Below, piece by piece: positions 48,789 to 61,620 of a stretch of 64,000 bases of DNA; within the stretch, counting starts at the first letter, position 1; each line of letters starts with the position of its first letter. Location: contig NIVC01001000.1 of the NCBI GenBank assembly GCA_002269645.1, positions 124,001 to 188,000 on the forward strand, written 5' to 3'. The notes under the pieces were generated by a model. That model did not search any database, had not been told where the DNA came from, and saw nothing but the letters and a program-made list of their open reading frames with translations. This DNA is from Macrostomum lignano (Eukaryota). The translations under genes and the position numbers were made by a program.

Positions 48789-51700
48789 ATGATGAAGCAA
48801 TCTCAGAATCCCGGGACCGGTCCTGGCAACAGTTTGCGGTCTAGAAAGATTGAATCAATGCGCAGAATGCTGAATTTGAATGCGCCGTCAGCTAGGCTGA
48901 CATCGGCGGGCTTGTCCTCGGCAGCTGGCGGACCCGCCGACTCTGAGGAGCCGCAGTGGAAGGTGATCTCTTATCCAGCGAATCTCTGTCTTCCTAAAAG
49001 ACAATAGAGACTTTAAGAACCTGCTCTGGACTCTTAATTCAACAAAAATCGACTCATTGGATTTACTGATGAGGTTTATATTTAGGACGCACCTTGAGGC
49101 TTGAGAATCGCCACTCGAGGCACTCCAGTCTTACCTTGAGAATCGCTTCTCGAGACTCTCACCTTAAGAATCGCTTCTTGAGACTCTCACCTTGAGAATC
49201 CCTTTTTAAGACTCTAACTTTGAGAATCGCTTTTAGGACTCTAACTTTAAGAATCCCTTTTTAAGACTCTAACTTTGAGAATCGCTTTTAAGACTCTCAC
49301 CTTGAGAATCACTTCTTGAGACTCTCACATTGAGAATCGCTTCTCGAGACTCTCACATTGAGAATCGCTTCTCGAGACTCTCACATTGAGAATCGCTTCT
49401 TGAGACTCTCACATTGAGAATCGCTTCTCGAGACTCTCACATTGAGAATCGCTTCTCGAGACTCTCACATTGAGAATCGCTTCTCGAGACTCTCACATTG
49501 AGAATCGCTTCTTGAGACTCTCACATTGAGAATCGCTTCTCGAGACTCTCACATTGAGAATCGCTTCTCAAGACTCACACCTTGAGAATCGCTTCTCGAA
49601 ACTCTCACCTTAAGAATCGCTTCTCAAGACTCACACCTTGAGAATCGCTTCTCGAAACTCTCACCTTAAGAATCGCTTCTCGAGACTCTCACCTTGAGAT
49701 TCGCTTCTCGAGACTCTCACATTGAGAATCGCTTCTTGAGACTCTCACATTGAGAATCGCTTCTCGAGACTCTCACCTTAAGAATCGCTTCTCAAGACTC
49801 ACACCTTGAGAATCGCTTCTCGAAACTCTCACCTTAAGAATCGCTTCTCGAGACTCTCACCTTGAGATTCGCTTCTCGAGACTCTCACATTGAGAATCGC
49901 TTCTTGAGACTCTCACATTGAGAATCGCTTCTCGAGACTCTCACATTGAGAATCGCTTCTCAAGACTCACACCTTGAGAATCGCTTCTCGAAACTCTCAC
50001 CTTAAGAATCGCTTCTCAAGACTCACACCTTGAGAATCGCTTCTCGAAACTCTCACCTTAAGAATCGCTTCTCGAGACTCTCACCTTGAGATTCGCTTCT
50101 CGAGACTCTCACATTGAGAATCACTTCTTGAGACTCTCACTTTGAGAATCGCGCCTCGAGACTCACCTTAAGAATCGCCTCTCAAGACACTCGCTTTAAG
50201 AATCGCCTTTAATCGGTCCCAAAAATATTCTTTTTTTATTACCTGTCTTCCAGTAATTCCAGTGAAGTACTTGTTGATCATTTCCCCCGCAAACCTGTCA
50301 GGTGTTGATTTACGATCGCAGCGGTCAAGACATGATCTCTCCGCTGCTCACGGTGAAAGACCTACGCGACCTGGGCGTCACGTTGCACCTGCCGTTGCAC
50401 TCAGATCGCGAGCCGCTATCCGATGTTGCCGCCGTGTATTTTATGAATCCTAGCGAGGAGAATTTGCAACGCTTGGGACGCGATCTGGCTGCCGGATTAT
50501 ACGAGTCCTATCATTTGAATTTCATATCGCCAATATCCAGGAGCAAGTTGGAAGATCTGGCTCAGGTTGGTGGTCTCATACACTGAATTGGGATCTAGGG
50601 GATAAGGGGAGAGGGCCTAGGGGATACGGGTTAGGAGATCTATGGGATACGGGTAAGGGGATCTATGGAATTCGTGAAGAGGATATGAGAAGGGGATCTA
50701 GGGGATACAGGAAGTGGATCTAGAGGATACAGGAAAGGGGATCTAGGTGATACAGGAGGGAATCTAGGTGATACAGGAAAGGGATCTAAGGGATACAGGA
50801 AAGGATCTAGGTGATACAGAAAAGGGATCTAGGACTAGGTGATACAGAAAAAGGATCTAGAACTAGGTGATACAGGAGGGAATCTAGGTGATACAGGAAA
50901 GGGATCTAAGGGATACAGGAAAGGGTCTAGGTGATACAGGAAAGGGATCTAGGGGATACAGGAAGGGATCTAGGTGATACAGGAAAGGGATCTAGGTGAT
51001 ACAGGAAAAGGATCTAGGGGATACAGGAAGTGGATCTAAGGGATACAGGAAAGGGATCAGGAGAAATACAAGAAGGGATCTAGGGGATACAGGAGAGAAT
51101 CTAGGGGATAGAGGAAGTGGATCTAAGGGATACAGGAAATGATCTAGGTAATACAGGAAAGGGATCTAGGTGATACAGGAAAGGGATCTAGGGGATACAG
51201 GAAAGGGATCTAGGGGATACAGGAAAGGGATCTAGGGGATACAGGAAAGGGATCTAGAGGATGCAGGAAAGGGATCTAGGGGATACAGGAAAGGGATCTA
51301 GGGGATACAGGAAAGGGATCTAGAGGATACAGGAAAGGGATCTAGGTGATACAGGAAAGGGATCTAGGGGATACAGGAAAGGGATCTAGGGGATACAGGA
51401 AAGGGATCTAGGGGATACAGGAAAGGGATCTAGGGGATACAGGAAAGGGATCTAGGTGATACAGGAAGTGGATCGAGGGGATACAGGAAGGGATCTAGAG
51501 GATACAGGTACGAGCTAGGGATCTAGGTGATACAGGAAAGGGATCTAGGGGATACAGGAAAGGGATCTAGGGGATACAGGAAAGGGATCTAGGGGATACA
51601 GGAGGGAATCTAGGGGATAGAGGAAGTGGATCTAAGGGATACAGGAAAGGGATCTAGGGGATACAGGAAGGGGATCGAGGGGATACAGAAAGGAATCCAG

Positions 51701-54700
51701 TGAATACAGAAAGGGATCCAGGGGATACAGGAAAGGATCTAGGAGAAATACAGGAAGGTATCTAGGGGATACAGGAAAGGATCTAGGTGATACAGGAGGT
51801 GGATCTAAGGGATACAGGAAGGGATCTAGGGGATACAGGAGGGAATCTAGGTGATACAGGAAGGGGATCTAGGTGATACAGGAAGGGGATCTAGGTGATA
51901 CAGGAAGGGGATCTATGGAATTCGTGAAAAGGATCTATTGAATACGGGAAGAGAATCCAATGAATGCGCGAAGGGGTTCTATGGGAAATAAGTTGAATCT
52001 ATGTGAAGGAAAGCCAACAATAATTTATCGTCTTTCGTCAAGGCGGCAATCGGCGGCAACGCTGTCGGTCAAATCAGCCGGGTAGTGGACCAGTACACGG
52101 ATTTCATTTGCCTAGAAGAGGATCTATTCGTATTGCGTCACCACTCGGCCGATAGCCTCTCCTACAAAGCTTTAAATCGGCCAGACAGCAGCGACGAAGC
52201 AATGGAAGCCATGCTCAACGAAATCGCTGGTGGCCTGTTCTCCGTCTGCGTCACCCTGGGCGCCGTGCCGGTGATCCGCTGTCCTGCCGGCAACGCGGCC
52301 GAAGCTGTCGCGGCGAAGTTGGACAAAAAATTGCGCGACAATCTGCGCGACGCTCGAAACAGTTTGTTCACTGGAAGCGGCGATTCCGCTGCTCAGTATT
52401 CGTTTCAACGGCCTCTGCTGCTGCTGCTTGATCGCAGTTTAGATTTGGCTACTATGCTGCATCATCCGTGGACTTATCAGGTTTGCGATTGGTAGATAAG
52501 TAGATATCACTTCCAGTAGTCAGTAGGTATCAACTTCCGGTAGTCAGTAGTTATCAACTTCCGGTAGTCAGTAGTTATCAACTTCCGGTAGTCAGTAGTT
52601 ATCAACTTCCGGTAGTCAGTATTTATCAACTTCCGGTAGTCAGTATTTATCAACTTCCGGTAGTCAGTAGTTATCAACTTCCGGTAGTCAGTATTTATCA
52701 ACTTCCGGTAGTCAGTAGTTATCAACTTCCGGTAGTCAGTATTTATCAACTTCCGGTAGTCAGTATTTATCAACTTCCGGTAGTCAGTAGTTATCAACTT
52801 CCGGTAGTCAGTATTTATCAACTTACGGTAGTCAGTAGTTATCAACTTACGGTAGTCAGAAGGTATCAACTTCCGGTAGTCAGAAGGTATTAACTTCCGG
52901 TAGTCAGTATTTATCAACTTCCGGTAGTCAGTATTTATCAACTTCCGGTAGTCAATAGGTATTAATTTCCGGTAGTCAGTAGGTATTAACTTCCCGTGGT
53001 CAGTAGTTATCAACTTCCGGTAGTCAGTAGGTATCAACTTCCGGTAGTCAGTAGTTATCAACTTTCGGTAGTCAGTAGGTATCAACTTCCGGTAGTCAAT
53101 AGGTATTAACTTCCGGTAGTCAGTAGGTATTAACTTCCCGTGGTCAGTAGTTATCAACTTCCGGTAGTCAGTAGTTATCAAATTCCGGTAGTCAGTAGTT
53201 ATCAACTTCCGGTAGTCAGTAGTTATCAACTTCCGGTAGTCAGTAGGTATCAACTTCCGGTAGTCAGTATTTATCAACTTCCGGTAGTCAGTAGTTATCA
53301 ACTTCCGGTAGTCAGTAGGTATCAACTTCCGGTAGTCAGTAGTTATCAACTTCCGGTAGTCAGTAGGTATCAACTTCCTGTAGTCAGTAGATTAATCTCA
53401 TTGTTTAATTTACTTCTTCAATTGAAGTCACTTGAATATCTGGTAAATATTGCATACTTCCGGTCTGCTATCCCCATCTACCATCTCACCCCCCAGGCTT
53501 TAGTACACGATGTACTTGGCTCCCGCCTCAATCGAGTCGAACTACCCCAGTCCGGGCCGCCGTCTCAGCAGCAGCAACAACAGAAACGAACAACAGCCTA
53601 CGATCTTCTTGCAGAAGAAGACAATTTCTGGTCCGCCCAACGCGGCGCCCCATTCCCCGAGGTGGCCGACGCTGTCAAGCGCAATTTAGAAAAGTACAAG
53701 CAAGAGGAAGAGAAAGTTAGCCGATTAAAACGCAGTATGGGTTTCGACGCCGAACTAGATGACAAAACAGTGACGGACACAATGTCCGTGTTAAACAGCG
53801 CAATGTCCGACCTGCCAGCCCTGCTAGCAATGAAACGCAGTTTAGACATGCACACTAATGTTGCCACCTGTCTAGCAGAGAAAATCAAAGCTCGCCAATT
53901 GGATCTGCTATTCGAATTAGAGGAGAAACTATTGGCTAAGCAGAGTCTAGATCGGCCCCTAGTTGACGTGCTGGCCGATCCAGAGGCTGGCAGTTTTGAA
54001 GACAAGCTGCGCCTACTATTAGTAGCAGTATTGAGCGACTGTCCGCAGGCCTCAGGCGCTGAATTGGATGAATTATTAAGCCAATTAAATCGTTTAGCCA
54101 GCGAGCCTTCTGCCGCACTGAGCAGCGAATCTGGCGGATTAGTGGACTGCGCCGGTCTGTTGAAAGCGGCCGCTTATCTAAGAAAATGGCGCGCTCTCAG
54201 CGGCGGCGGCAGTTATTACGTTGGCGGCGGAAGTGGCGGCAGCGGCGCTTCCGGCAGCGGCAGCGGCTGGCTAGGCGGCCTATCAAAGGGCGGCTCATTC
54301 CTGATGGAGGGCGTAAGGAATCTGGTGCTGAGGAAGCACAACCTGCCGGCCGCTCGCATTGCCGACTGTTTGATGGAGAACCGGGCCGGCCAGGCCGAAG
54401 TTGAAGAGTATCGCTACTTCGATCCGAAACTGCACCGGGTGACCGATCCGTCTCAGATTCCTAGGCAGAAGCAGCCGTTTCAGGTTTGTCGTGCTCGGGT
54501 GTCTGCTTTGTAAGAAATTTACCCCCCCCCCCTCTTCACTTCCCGCTCCCTTCTTTTTGGCTAATTTCCGTCTGCATCTCTCCTCTTCTCCTAGTTCTTT
54601 TACTCTTCATCTCATCTCCTCTCTTCATCTCTCTCTTTTTGTCTCTTTTGCTTCCTGTCTCCCAACTCCCTCCCAATATTCTGCTTGGTTCCCTCTCTCC

Positions 54701-55612
54701 CCCTCCCTCCCTCCCATCTCCCTCTCTCTCTCCAACTCCCTCTCTCTCTCCATCTCCCTCTCTCCATCTCCCTCTCTCCAACTCCATCTCTCTCTCCATC
54801 TCCCTCTCTCCCCCTCACTCCCTCCCATCTCCCTCTCTGCATCTCCCTCTCTCTCTCCAACTGCCTCTCTCCATCTCCCTCTCTCCAACTCCATCTCTCT
54901 CTCCATCTCCCTCTCTCTCTCTCCAACTGCCTCTCTCCATCTCCCTCTCTCCAACTCCATCTCTCTCTCCATCTCCCTCTCTCCATCTGCCTCTCTCCAT
55001 CTCCTCTCTCCAACTCCCTCTCTCTCCATCTCCCTGTCTCCATCTCCCTCTCTCCAACTCCATCTCTCTCCATCTCCTCTCTCCAACTCCATCTCTCTCC
55101 CTCTCTCTCTCCATCTCCCTCTCTCCATCTGCCTCTCTCCATCTCCCTCTCTCCAACTCCATCTCTCTCCATCTCCTCTCTCCAACTCCCTCTCTCTCTC
55201 CATCTCCCTCTCTCCATCTGCCTCTCTCCATCTCCCTCTCTCCACCTCTCTCTCTCCATCCCTCTGTCTCCATCTCTCTCTCCGTCTCTCTCTCCATATC
55301 CCTCTCTCTCTAAGTCCCTCTCTCCATCTTCAACACCGCCGCTGTTCTAATATCGTTGGTATCATATTTTGTCACCCACGAAACAAAACCAAACAGGAGG
55401 CGATCGTATTCGTAGTTGGCGGCGGCAACTATATTGAATATCAGAATCTGGTTGATTTGCGTCGAACTTCAAAATCATCCGGCGTTACGGGCGCCGGCGG
55501 AGGCGGCGGCGGCAGCGGCGGCGGTGGCAGGCGGATCACCTACGGCAGCACCCAGCTGGTGACCGGGTGTCAGTTCCTGCTACAGCTGGCTGAATTGGGT
55601 CAGCTCACCTGA
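48789..55612 (+). CDS. SCFD1: Sly1/SCFD1, exons 48789-48962, 50302-50565, 52043-52480, 53497-54483, 55397-55612 (692 aa)
   Basis: Same exon sizes and motifs as the left copy; about 7 amino-acid differences by eye. Confidence 0.95.
49095..50200. repeat. 28-bp minisatellite, SCFD1 intron 1
   Basis: Mirror of 14920-15495, about twice as long. Confidence 0.93.
50590..51960. repeat. ~21-22-bp minisatellite, SCFD1 intron 2
   Basis: Mirror family of 13010-14525. Confidence 0.93.
52500..53390. repeat. 24-bp minisatellite, SCFD1 intron 3
   Basis: Mirror family of 11855-12485. Confidence 0.93.
54555..55330. repeat. CT-rich repeat, SCFD1 intron 4
   Basis: Near-identical mirror of 9915-10690. Confidence 0.92.
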
Positions 55613-56561
55613 GCTTATTATTGGCTAATTATTGTTTTTATAGTTTCTGACAAGTCAATGACAATAATAAAATCAACTGTTGGATCTAAATATAATTCAC
55701 AAGCTCCTGATTTGCTAGCAGATTTCTATTTGATGCGATTATAAGTTCTATGTAAAAATTATATTAAAACGAAATGATAATACAGTTTATTTCAAAATTT
55801 TATTTCACTTCTTTGTCTGGTTAATAAGGTGGATTGTGTCATCTGTCTCGTTGTTTTTTCTCGTTTTTTTTCATACTGCATGCTCCAACTATGCTACTTA
55901 TGTCTTAGTTCGGAGAGATAGTAGTAAGTGATGCTTTTCCGCATTCGGCCTAGGTGGGGAAATATTAAGTTATTTGTAATTGCTTTCAATTTTGTGACTC
56001 ATTTCGTTTGTAGTACTTTATGTCTGTGTCTGTCGCTCATATCCATGTGTGTTATTTTTTTGTGCATATAACAGGAAATCCTTTAATCGTCCCGGGTGTT
56101 TTCATTTCTGACAAATAATTGCTTAGTTGCTGCTGCTATGCTGACTACAGTATACTCGTTGGGTCAGCAATTTCGTCTTGTTAATTTTGCAGCAAACGAT
56201 AATATATTCATATGTATTGTAAGAGAAATTTCACATGCTAATGTCTTAAAAAAGTAAATTGGTGAAATTCAGTGCATGGGTAGAAAAAAAAAGAAAAAAT
56301 AGTTTTGCCTTTATTCTTTCAATATGAACCTCAATGCATTCAGATGCAAATTGAATGCTTGAATATTTTGTCTCCATACTAAAATATCTTTATCATTAAA
56401 CGGAATCTTCTGACAATACGTGTTTAAAAATCTTTTAACGTCATTCAAACTTGGATGACAAAGTGACGAAGTCTCTATCGCTCCGCATTGCAGCTCAAGG
56501 CAGAGACGGGCTTCGAGCATCGGCATCTCAGCACGGATTGTAGCCCCACAGTTTCTCAGAG

Positions 56562-57668
56562 ATGCGCCGGGGCTCTGTCGCCTGCCCGTTTTGTCCCAGG
56601 CGGTTCTGCCGCACCCGACCGGCAGCGGCGCAGTACTTGCGTCATGTGCGGTCACACGGAATTGGCCGCGACTCGGAGCCTGAGGAGGCGGCTGCGACCA
56701 ACTCAGAAGCTGGCAGAGCGGCGGCGGTCGAGCAGGTCGCGTCTCGCAATGAGTCAGCGATGAAGCCGTGTGCAGATGGCGGTCGTGCAGTGACAAATAG
56801 TGCTCAGGGTCTCCAGAAGCCGTTCCAGTGCGACACTTGTCAAAAGAAGTTCTCCAGGAGAAGCTATCTCAATGCTCACATTAGTGTGGTGCACAGGAAG
56901 GCAAAACCGCACAAATGCAAGCGGTGTGGGAAGTCCTTCTCAGCAAAACACGATCTGCACGTGCACAGCCGGTCTCACACTGGTGAGAGACCGTTTGAGT
57001 GCAAGGTGTGCGGCAAGAGATTCAGTATCAGCAGCAGCCTTACTACACACTCCAGGCAGCATACAGGAGAAAAGCCATTTGAGTGCAAGGTGTGCGGCAA
57101 GAGATTCAGTGACAGCAGCAATCTCACAACGCACTCAAGGCTGCACACAGGAGAAAAGCCATTTGAGTGCAAAGTGTGCGGCAAGAAATTCAGTTTCAGC
57201 AGCAGCCTTACTACACACTCCAGGCAGCACACAGGAGAAAAGCCATTTGAGTGCAAAGTGTGCGGCAAGAGATTCAGTGTCAGCAGCAGCCTTACTACAC
57301 ACTCCAGGCAGCACACAGGAGAAAAGCCATATGAGTGCAAAGTGTGCGGCAAGAGATTCAGTGTCAGCAGCCATCTCACTAGGCACTCAAGGCTGCACCC
57401 AGGAGAAAAGCCATTTGAGTGCAAAGTATGCGGCAAGAGATTCAGTGTCAGCAGCAGCCTTACTAGACACTCCAGGCAGCACACAGGAGAAAAGCTATTT
57501 GAGTGCAAAGCGTGCGGCAAGAGATTCAGTGTCAGCAGCCATCTCACTAGGCACTCAAGGCTGCACACAGGAGAAAAGCCATTTGAGTGCAAAGTGTGCG
57601 GCAAGAGATTCAGTGACAGCAGCCATCTTACTAGGCACTCAAGGCTCCACACAAGAAAAGCCATTTGA
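56562..57668 (+). CDS. C2H2 zinc-finger protein copy R1, 368 aa, 8 homogenised fingers
   Basis: Intact ORF ending HTRKAI*. Confidence 0.88.
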   Translation: MRRGSVACPFCPRRFCRTRPAAAQYLRHVRSHGIGRDSEPEEAAATNSEAGRAAAVEQVASRNESAMKPCADGGRAVTNSAQGLQKPFQCDTCQKKFSRRSYLNAHISVVHRKAKPHKCKRCGKSFSAKHDLHVHSRSHTGERPFECKVCGKRFSISSSLTTHSRQHTGEKPFECKVCGKRFSDSSNLTTHSRLHTGEKPFECKVCGKKFSFSSSLTTHSRQHTGEKPFECKVCGKRFSVSSSLTTHSRQHTGEKPYECKVCGKRFSVSSHLTRHSRLHPGEKPFECKVCGKRFSVSSSLTRHSRQHTGEKLFECKACGKRFSVSSHLTRHSRLHTGEKPFECKVCGKRFSDSSHLTRHSRLHTRKAI

Positions 57669-57914
57669 GTGCAAAGTGTGCGGCAAGAAATTCAATCAAG
57701 TCAAGAATCTTAAGTAGCACTCCGACTGCACTTTCTGTAGCGAATATTCACCCTTGCGGCGCTCCGTCATTGCCGACGTGCACAATCGGTCTTGGTCTTT
57801 AGTGTGCTCGCAATCCTTTAGCAGCTGTTTTGTCGTTTTATTCATGATCTTCGGACTTTGTTGAATTCTCTTAAAGCATTCGGAAGCTAATCCAATATCC
57901 AATTAAAGACAGCA

Positions 57915-58391
57915 CCTAATGGCCAGTTAGTGACAGCACTTAATGACCAGTCAGTGAGAGCACTCAATGACCAGTTAGTGACAGCACTCAATGACCAGTT
58001 AGTGACAGCACTCAATGAGCAGCCAGTGAGAGCACTCAATGACCAGTTAGTGACAGCACTCAATGACCAGTTAGTGACAGCACTCAATGACCAGTTAGTG
58101 ACAGCACTCAATGACCAGTTAGAGACAGCACTCAATGACTAGTTAGTGACAGCACTCAACGACCAGTTAGTGACAGCTTTTAATGACCAGTTAGTGACAG
58201 CATTTAATGACCAGTTAGTGACAGCACTCAATGACCAGTTAGTGACAGCACTCAATCACCAGTTAGTGACAGCACTCAATGACCAGTTAGAGACAGCACT
58301 CAATGACCAGTTATTGACAGCACTCAACGACCAGTTAGTGACAGCACTCAACGACCAGTTAGTGACACTGACAGCAATCAATGACCAGTAG
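57915..58391. repeat. 24-bp minisatellite
   Basis: TALNDQLV periodicity. Confidence 0.95.
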
Positions 58392-59259
58392 GCACTGAAT
58401 ACACTATACCGCACTGTACTGCTAGACCAGCTTTTTACTTTGTTTTCCTGCTAAAGGTTTCCAATTGTTTCCGAATCATTTCATTAGTTGCTGTAGAAGT
58501 ACTTAGCACTTAAACTTTTTCTTTGACCCCTAACTTGCTTTTCAATTTTGTTCAATCAAGCGTTATTATCGAACCTTTTCTCCCCTGTATTTATAAATTA
58601 CGCCGGTGGCATTCAAACTTTACTTGTTTTCCTTACTATTGCAATAATTGGTTTGTTTAAATGTTTGCCAGGATATTTTAATTGCTTTTTTAATGACTTA
58701 ATAGGCAACGTAAACTCATCCATGTGTGTTTTTTATTTGTGCATATAACAGCAAATCGTTTAATCGCTCCGTGTGTTTTCATTTCTGACAAATAATTGCT
58801 TAATTGCTGCTGCTATGCTGACTACAGTATACTCGTTGGGTCAGCAATTTCGTCTTGTTAATTTTGCAGCAAACGATAATACGAGTATATTCATAAGATC
58901 GTATGTATTGTAAGAGAAATTTCACATGCTAATCTCTTAAAAAAGTAAATTGGTGAAATTCGGTGCACGGGTAGCAACAAAAAACAAGTTTAAAAAATAG
59001 TTATGCCTTTATTCTTTAAATATGAACCTCAATGCGTTCAGATGCAAATTGAATGCTTGAATCTTTTGTCTCCATACTAAAATATCTTTGTCATTAAACG
59101 GAATCTTCTGACAATACGTGTTTAAAAATCTTTGAACGTCATTCAAACTTGGATGACAAAGTGACGAAGTCTCTATCGCTCCGCATTGCAGCTCAAGGCA
59201 GAGACGGGCTTCGAGCATCGGCATCTCAGCACGGATTGTAGCCCCACAGTTTCTCAGAG

Positions 59260-59946
59260 ATGCGCCGGGGCTCTGTCGCCTGCCCGTTTTGTCCCAGGCG
59301 GTTCTGCCGCACCCGAACGACAGCGGCGCAGTACTTGCGTCATGTGCGGTCACACGGAATTGGCCGCGACTCGGAGCCTGAGGAGGCGGCTGCGACCAAC
59401 TCAGAAGCTGGCAGAGCGGCGGCGGTCGAGCAGGTCGCGTCTCGCAATGGGTCAGCGATGCAGCCGTGTGCAGATGGCAGTCGTGCAGTGACAAATAGTG
59501 CTCAGGGTCTCCAGAAGCCGTTCCAGTGCGACACTTGTCAAAAGAAGTTCTCCTGGAGAAGCCGTCTCAATGCTCACATTAGTGTGGTGCACAGGAAGGC
59601 AAAACCGCACAAATGCAAGCGGTGTGAAAAGTCCTTCTCAGCAAAACACGATCTGCACGTGCACAGCCGGTCTCACACTGGTGAGAGACCGTTTGAGTGC
59701 AAGGTGTGCGGCAAGAGATTCAGTGTCAGCAGCAGCCTTACTACACACTCCAGGCAGCACACAGGAGAAAAGCCATTTGAGTGCAAAGTGTGCGGCAAGA
59801 GATTCAGTGACAGCAGCCATCTCACTAGGCACTTAAGGCTGCACACAGGAGAAAAGCCATTTGAGTGCAAAGTGTGCAGCAAGAGATTCAGTATCAGCAG
59901 CCATCTTACTAGGCACTCAAGGCTCCACACAAGAAAAGCCATTTGA
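59260..59946 (+). CDS. C2H2 zinc-finger copy R2, 228 aa; ends after 3 homogenised fingers, with 3 out-of-frame fingers following to 60199
   Basis: HTRKAI* terminator occurs twice (ends at 59946 and 60199). Confidence 0.7.
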   Translation: MRRGSVACPFCPRRFCRTRTTAAQYLRHVRSHGIGRDSEPEEAAATNSEAGRAAAVEQVASRNGSAMQPCADGSRAVTNSAQGLQKPFQCDTCQKKFSWRSRLNAHISVVHRKAKPHKCKRCEKSFSAKHDLHVHSRSHTGERPFECKVCGKRFSVSSSLTTHSRQHTGEKPFECKVCGKRFSDSSHLTRHLRLHTGEKPFECKVCSKRFSISSHLTRHSRLHTRKAI

Positions 59947-60444
59947 GTGCAAAGTGTGCGGCAAGAGATTCAGTGTCAGCAGCAGCCATCTCACTAGGCA
60001 CTTCAGGCTGCACACAGGAGAAAAGCCATTTGAGTGCAAAGTGTGCGGCAAGAGATTCAGTGACAGCAGCCATCTCACTAGGCACTTCAGGCTGCACACA
60101 GGAGAAAAGCCATTTGAGTGCAAAGTGTGCGGCAAGAGATTCAGTGTCAGCAGCCATTTTACTAGGCACTCAAGGCTCCACACAAGAAAAGCCATTTGAG
60201 TGCAAAGTGTGCGGCAAGAAATTCTATCAAGTCAAGAATCTTAAGTGGCACTCCGACTGCACTTTCTGTAACGAATATTCACCCTTGCGGCGCTCCGTCA
60301 TTGCCGACGTGCACAATCGGTCTTGGTCTTTAGTGTGCTCGCAATCCTTTAGCAGCTGTTTTGTCGTTTTATTCATGATCTTCGGACTTTGTTGAATTCT
60401 CTTAAGGCATTCGGAAGCTAATCCAATATCCAATTAAAGACAGC

Positions 60445-60778
60445 ACCTAATGGCCAGTTAGTGACAGCACTTAATGACCAGTCAGTGAGAGCACTCAATG
60501 ACCAGTTAGTGACAGCACTCAATGACCAGTTAGTGACAGCACTCAATGAGCAGCCAGTGAGAGCACTCAATGACCAGTTAGTGACAGCACTCAATGACCA
60601 GTTAGTGACAGCGCTCAATGACCAGTTAGTGACAGCACTCAATGAGCAGTTAGTGACAGCACTCAATGACCAGTTAGTGACAGCACTCAACGACCAGTTA
60701 GTGACATCACTCAATGACCAGTTAGTGACAGCACTCAATGACCAGTTAGTGACACTGACAGCAATCAATGACCAGTAG
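60445..60778. repeat. 24-bp minisatellite
   Basis: Direct reading. Confidence 0.95.
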
Positions 60779-61620
60779 GCACTGCATATACTATACTGCA
60801 CTGTACTGCTAGATCAGCTTTTTACTTTGTTTTCCTGCTAAAGGTTTCCAATTGTTTCCGAATCATTTCATTACTTACTGTAGAAGTGCTTAGCACTTGA
60901 ACTTTTCCTTTGACTCCCTAGCTTGCGTTTCGATTTTGTTCAATAAAGCGTTATTATCGAACCTTTTCTCCCCTGTATTTATAAATTACACCGGTGGCAT
61001 TTAAATTTTACTTGTTTTCTTTACTAATTGTTTTGTTTAAATGTTTGCCAGGATATTTTAATTGCTTTTTTAATGACTTGATAGGCAACGTAAACCCATC
61101 CACCTGTGCTTTTTATTTGTGCATATAACAGCAAATCCTTTAATCGTCCCGGGTGTTTTCATTTCTGACAAATAATTGCGTAATTGCTGCTGCTATGCTG
61201 ACTACTACAGTTATATAATCGTGGGTCAGCAATTTCGTCTTGTTAATTTTGCAGCAAATGATAATAAGAGTATATTCATACGTATTCTAAGAGAAATTTC
61301 ATAAAAAGTACATAAGTGAAATTCGGTGCACGGGTAGCTACAAAAAACAAGTTTAAAAATATTTTTGCCTTTATTCATTAAAATGAACCTCAATGCATTC
61401 AGATGCAAATTGAATGCTTGAATATTTTGTCTCCATACTAAAATATCTTTGTCATTAAACGGAATCTTCTGACAATACGTGATTAAAAATCTTTTAACGT
61501 CATTCAAACTTGGATGACAAAGTGACGAAGTCTCTATCGCTCCGCATTGCAGCTCAAGGCAGAGACGGGCTTCGAGCATCGGCATCTCAGCACGGATTGT
61601 AGCCCCACAGTTTCTCAGAG

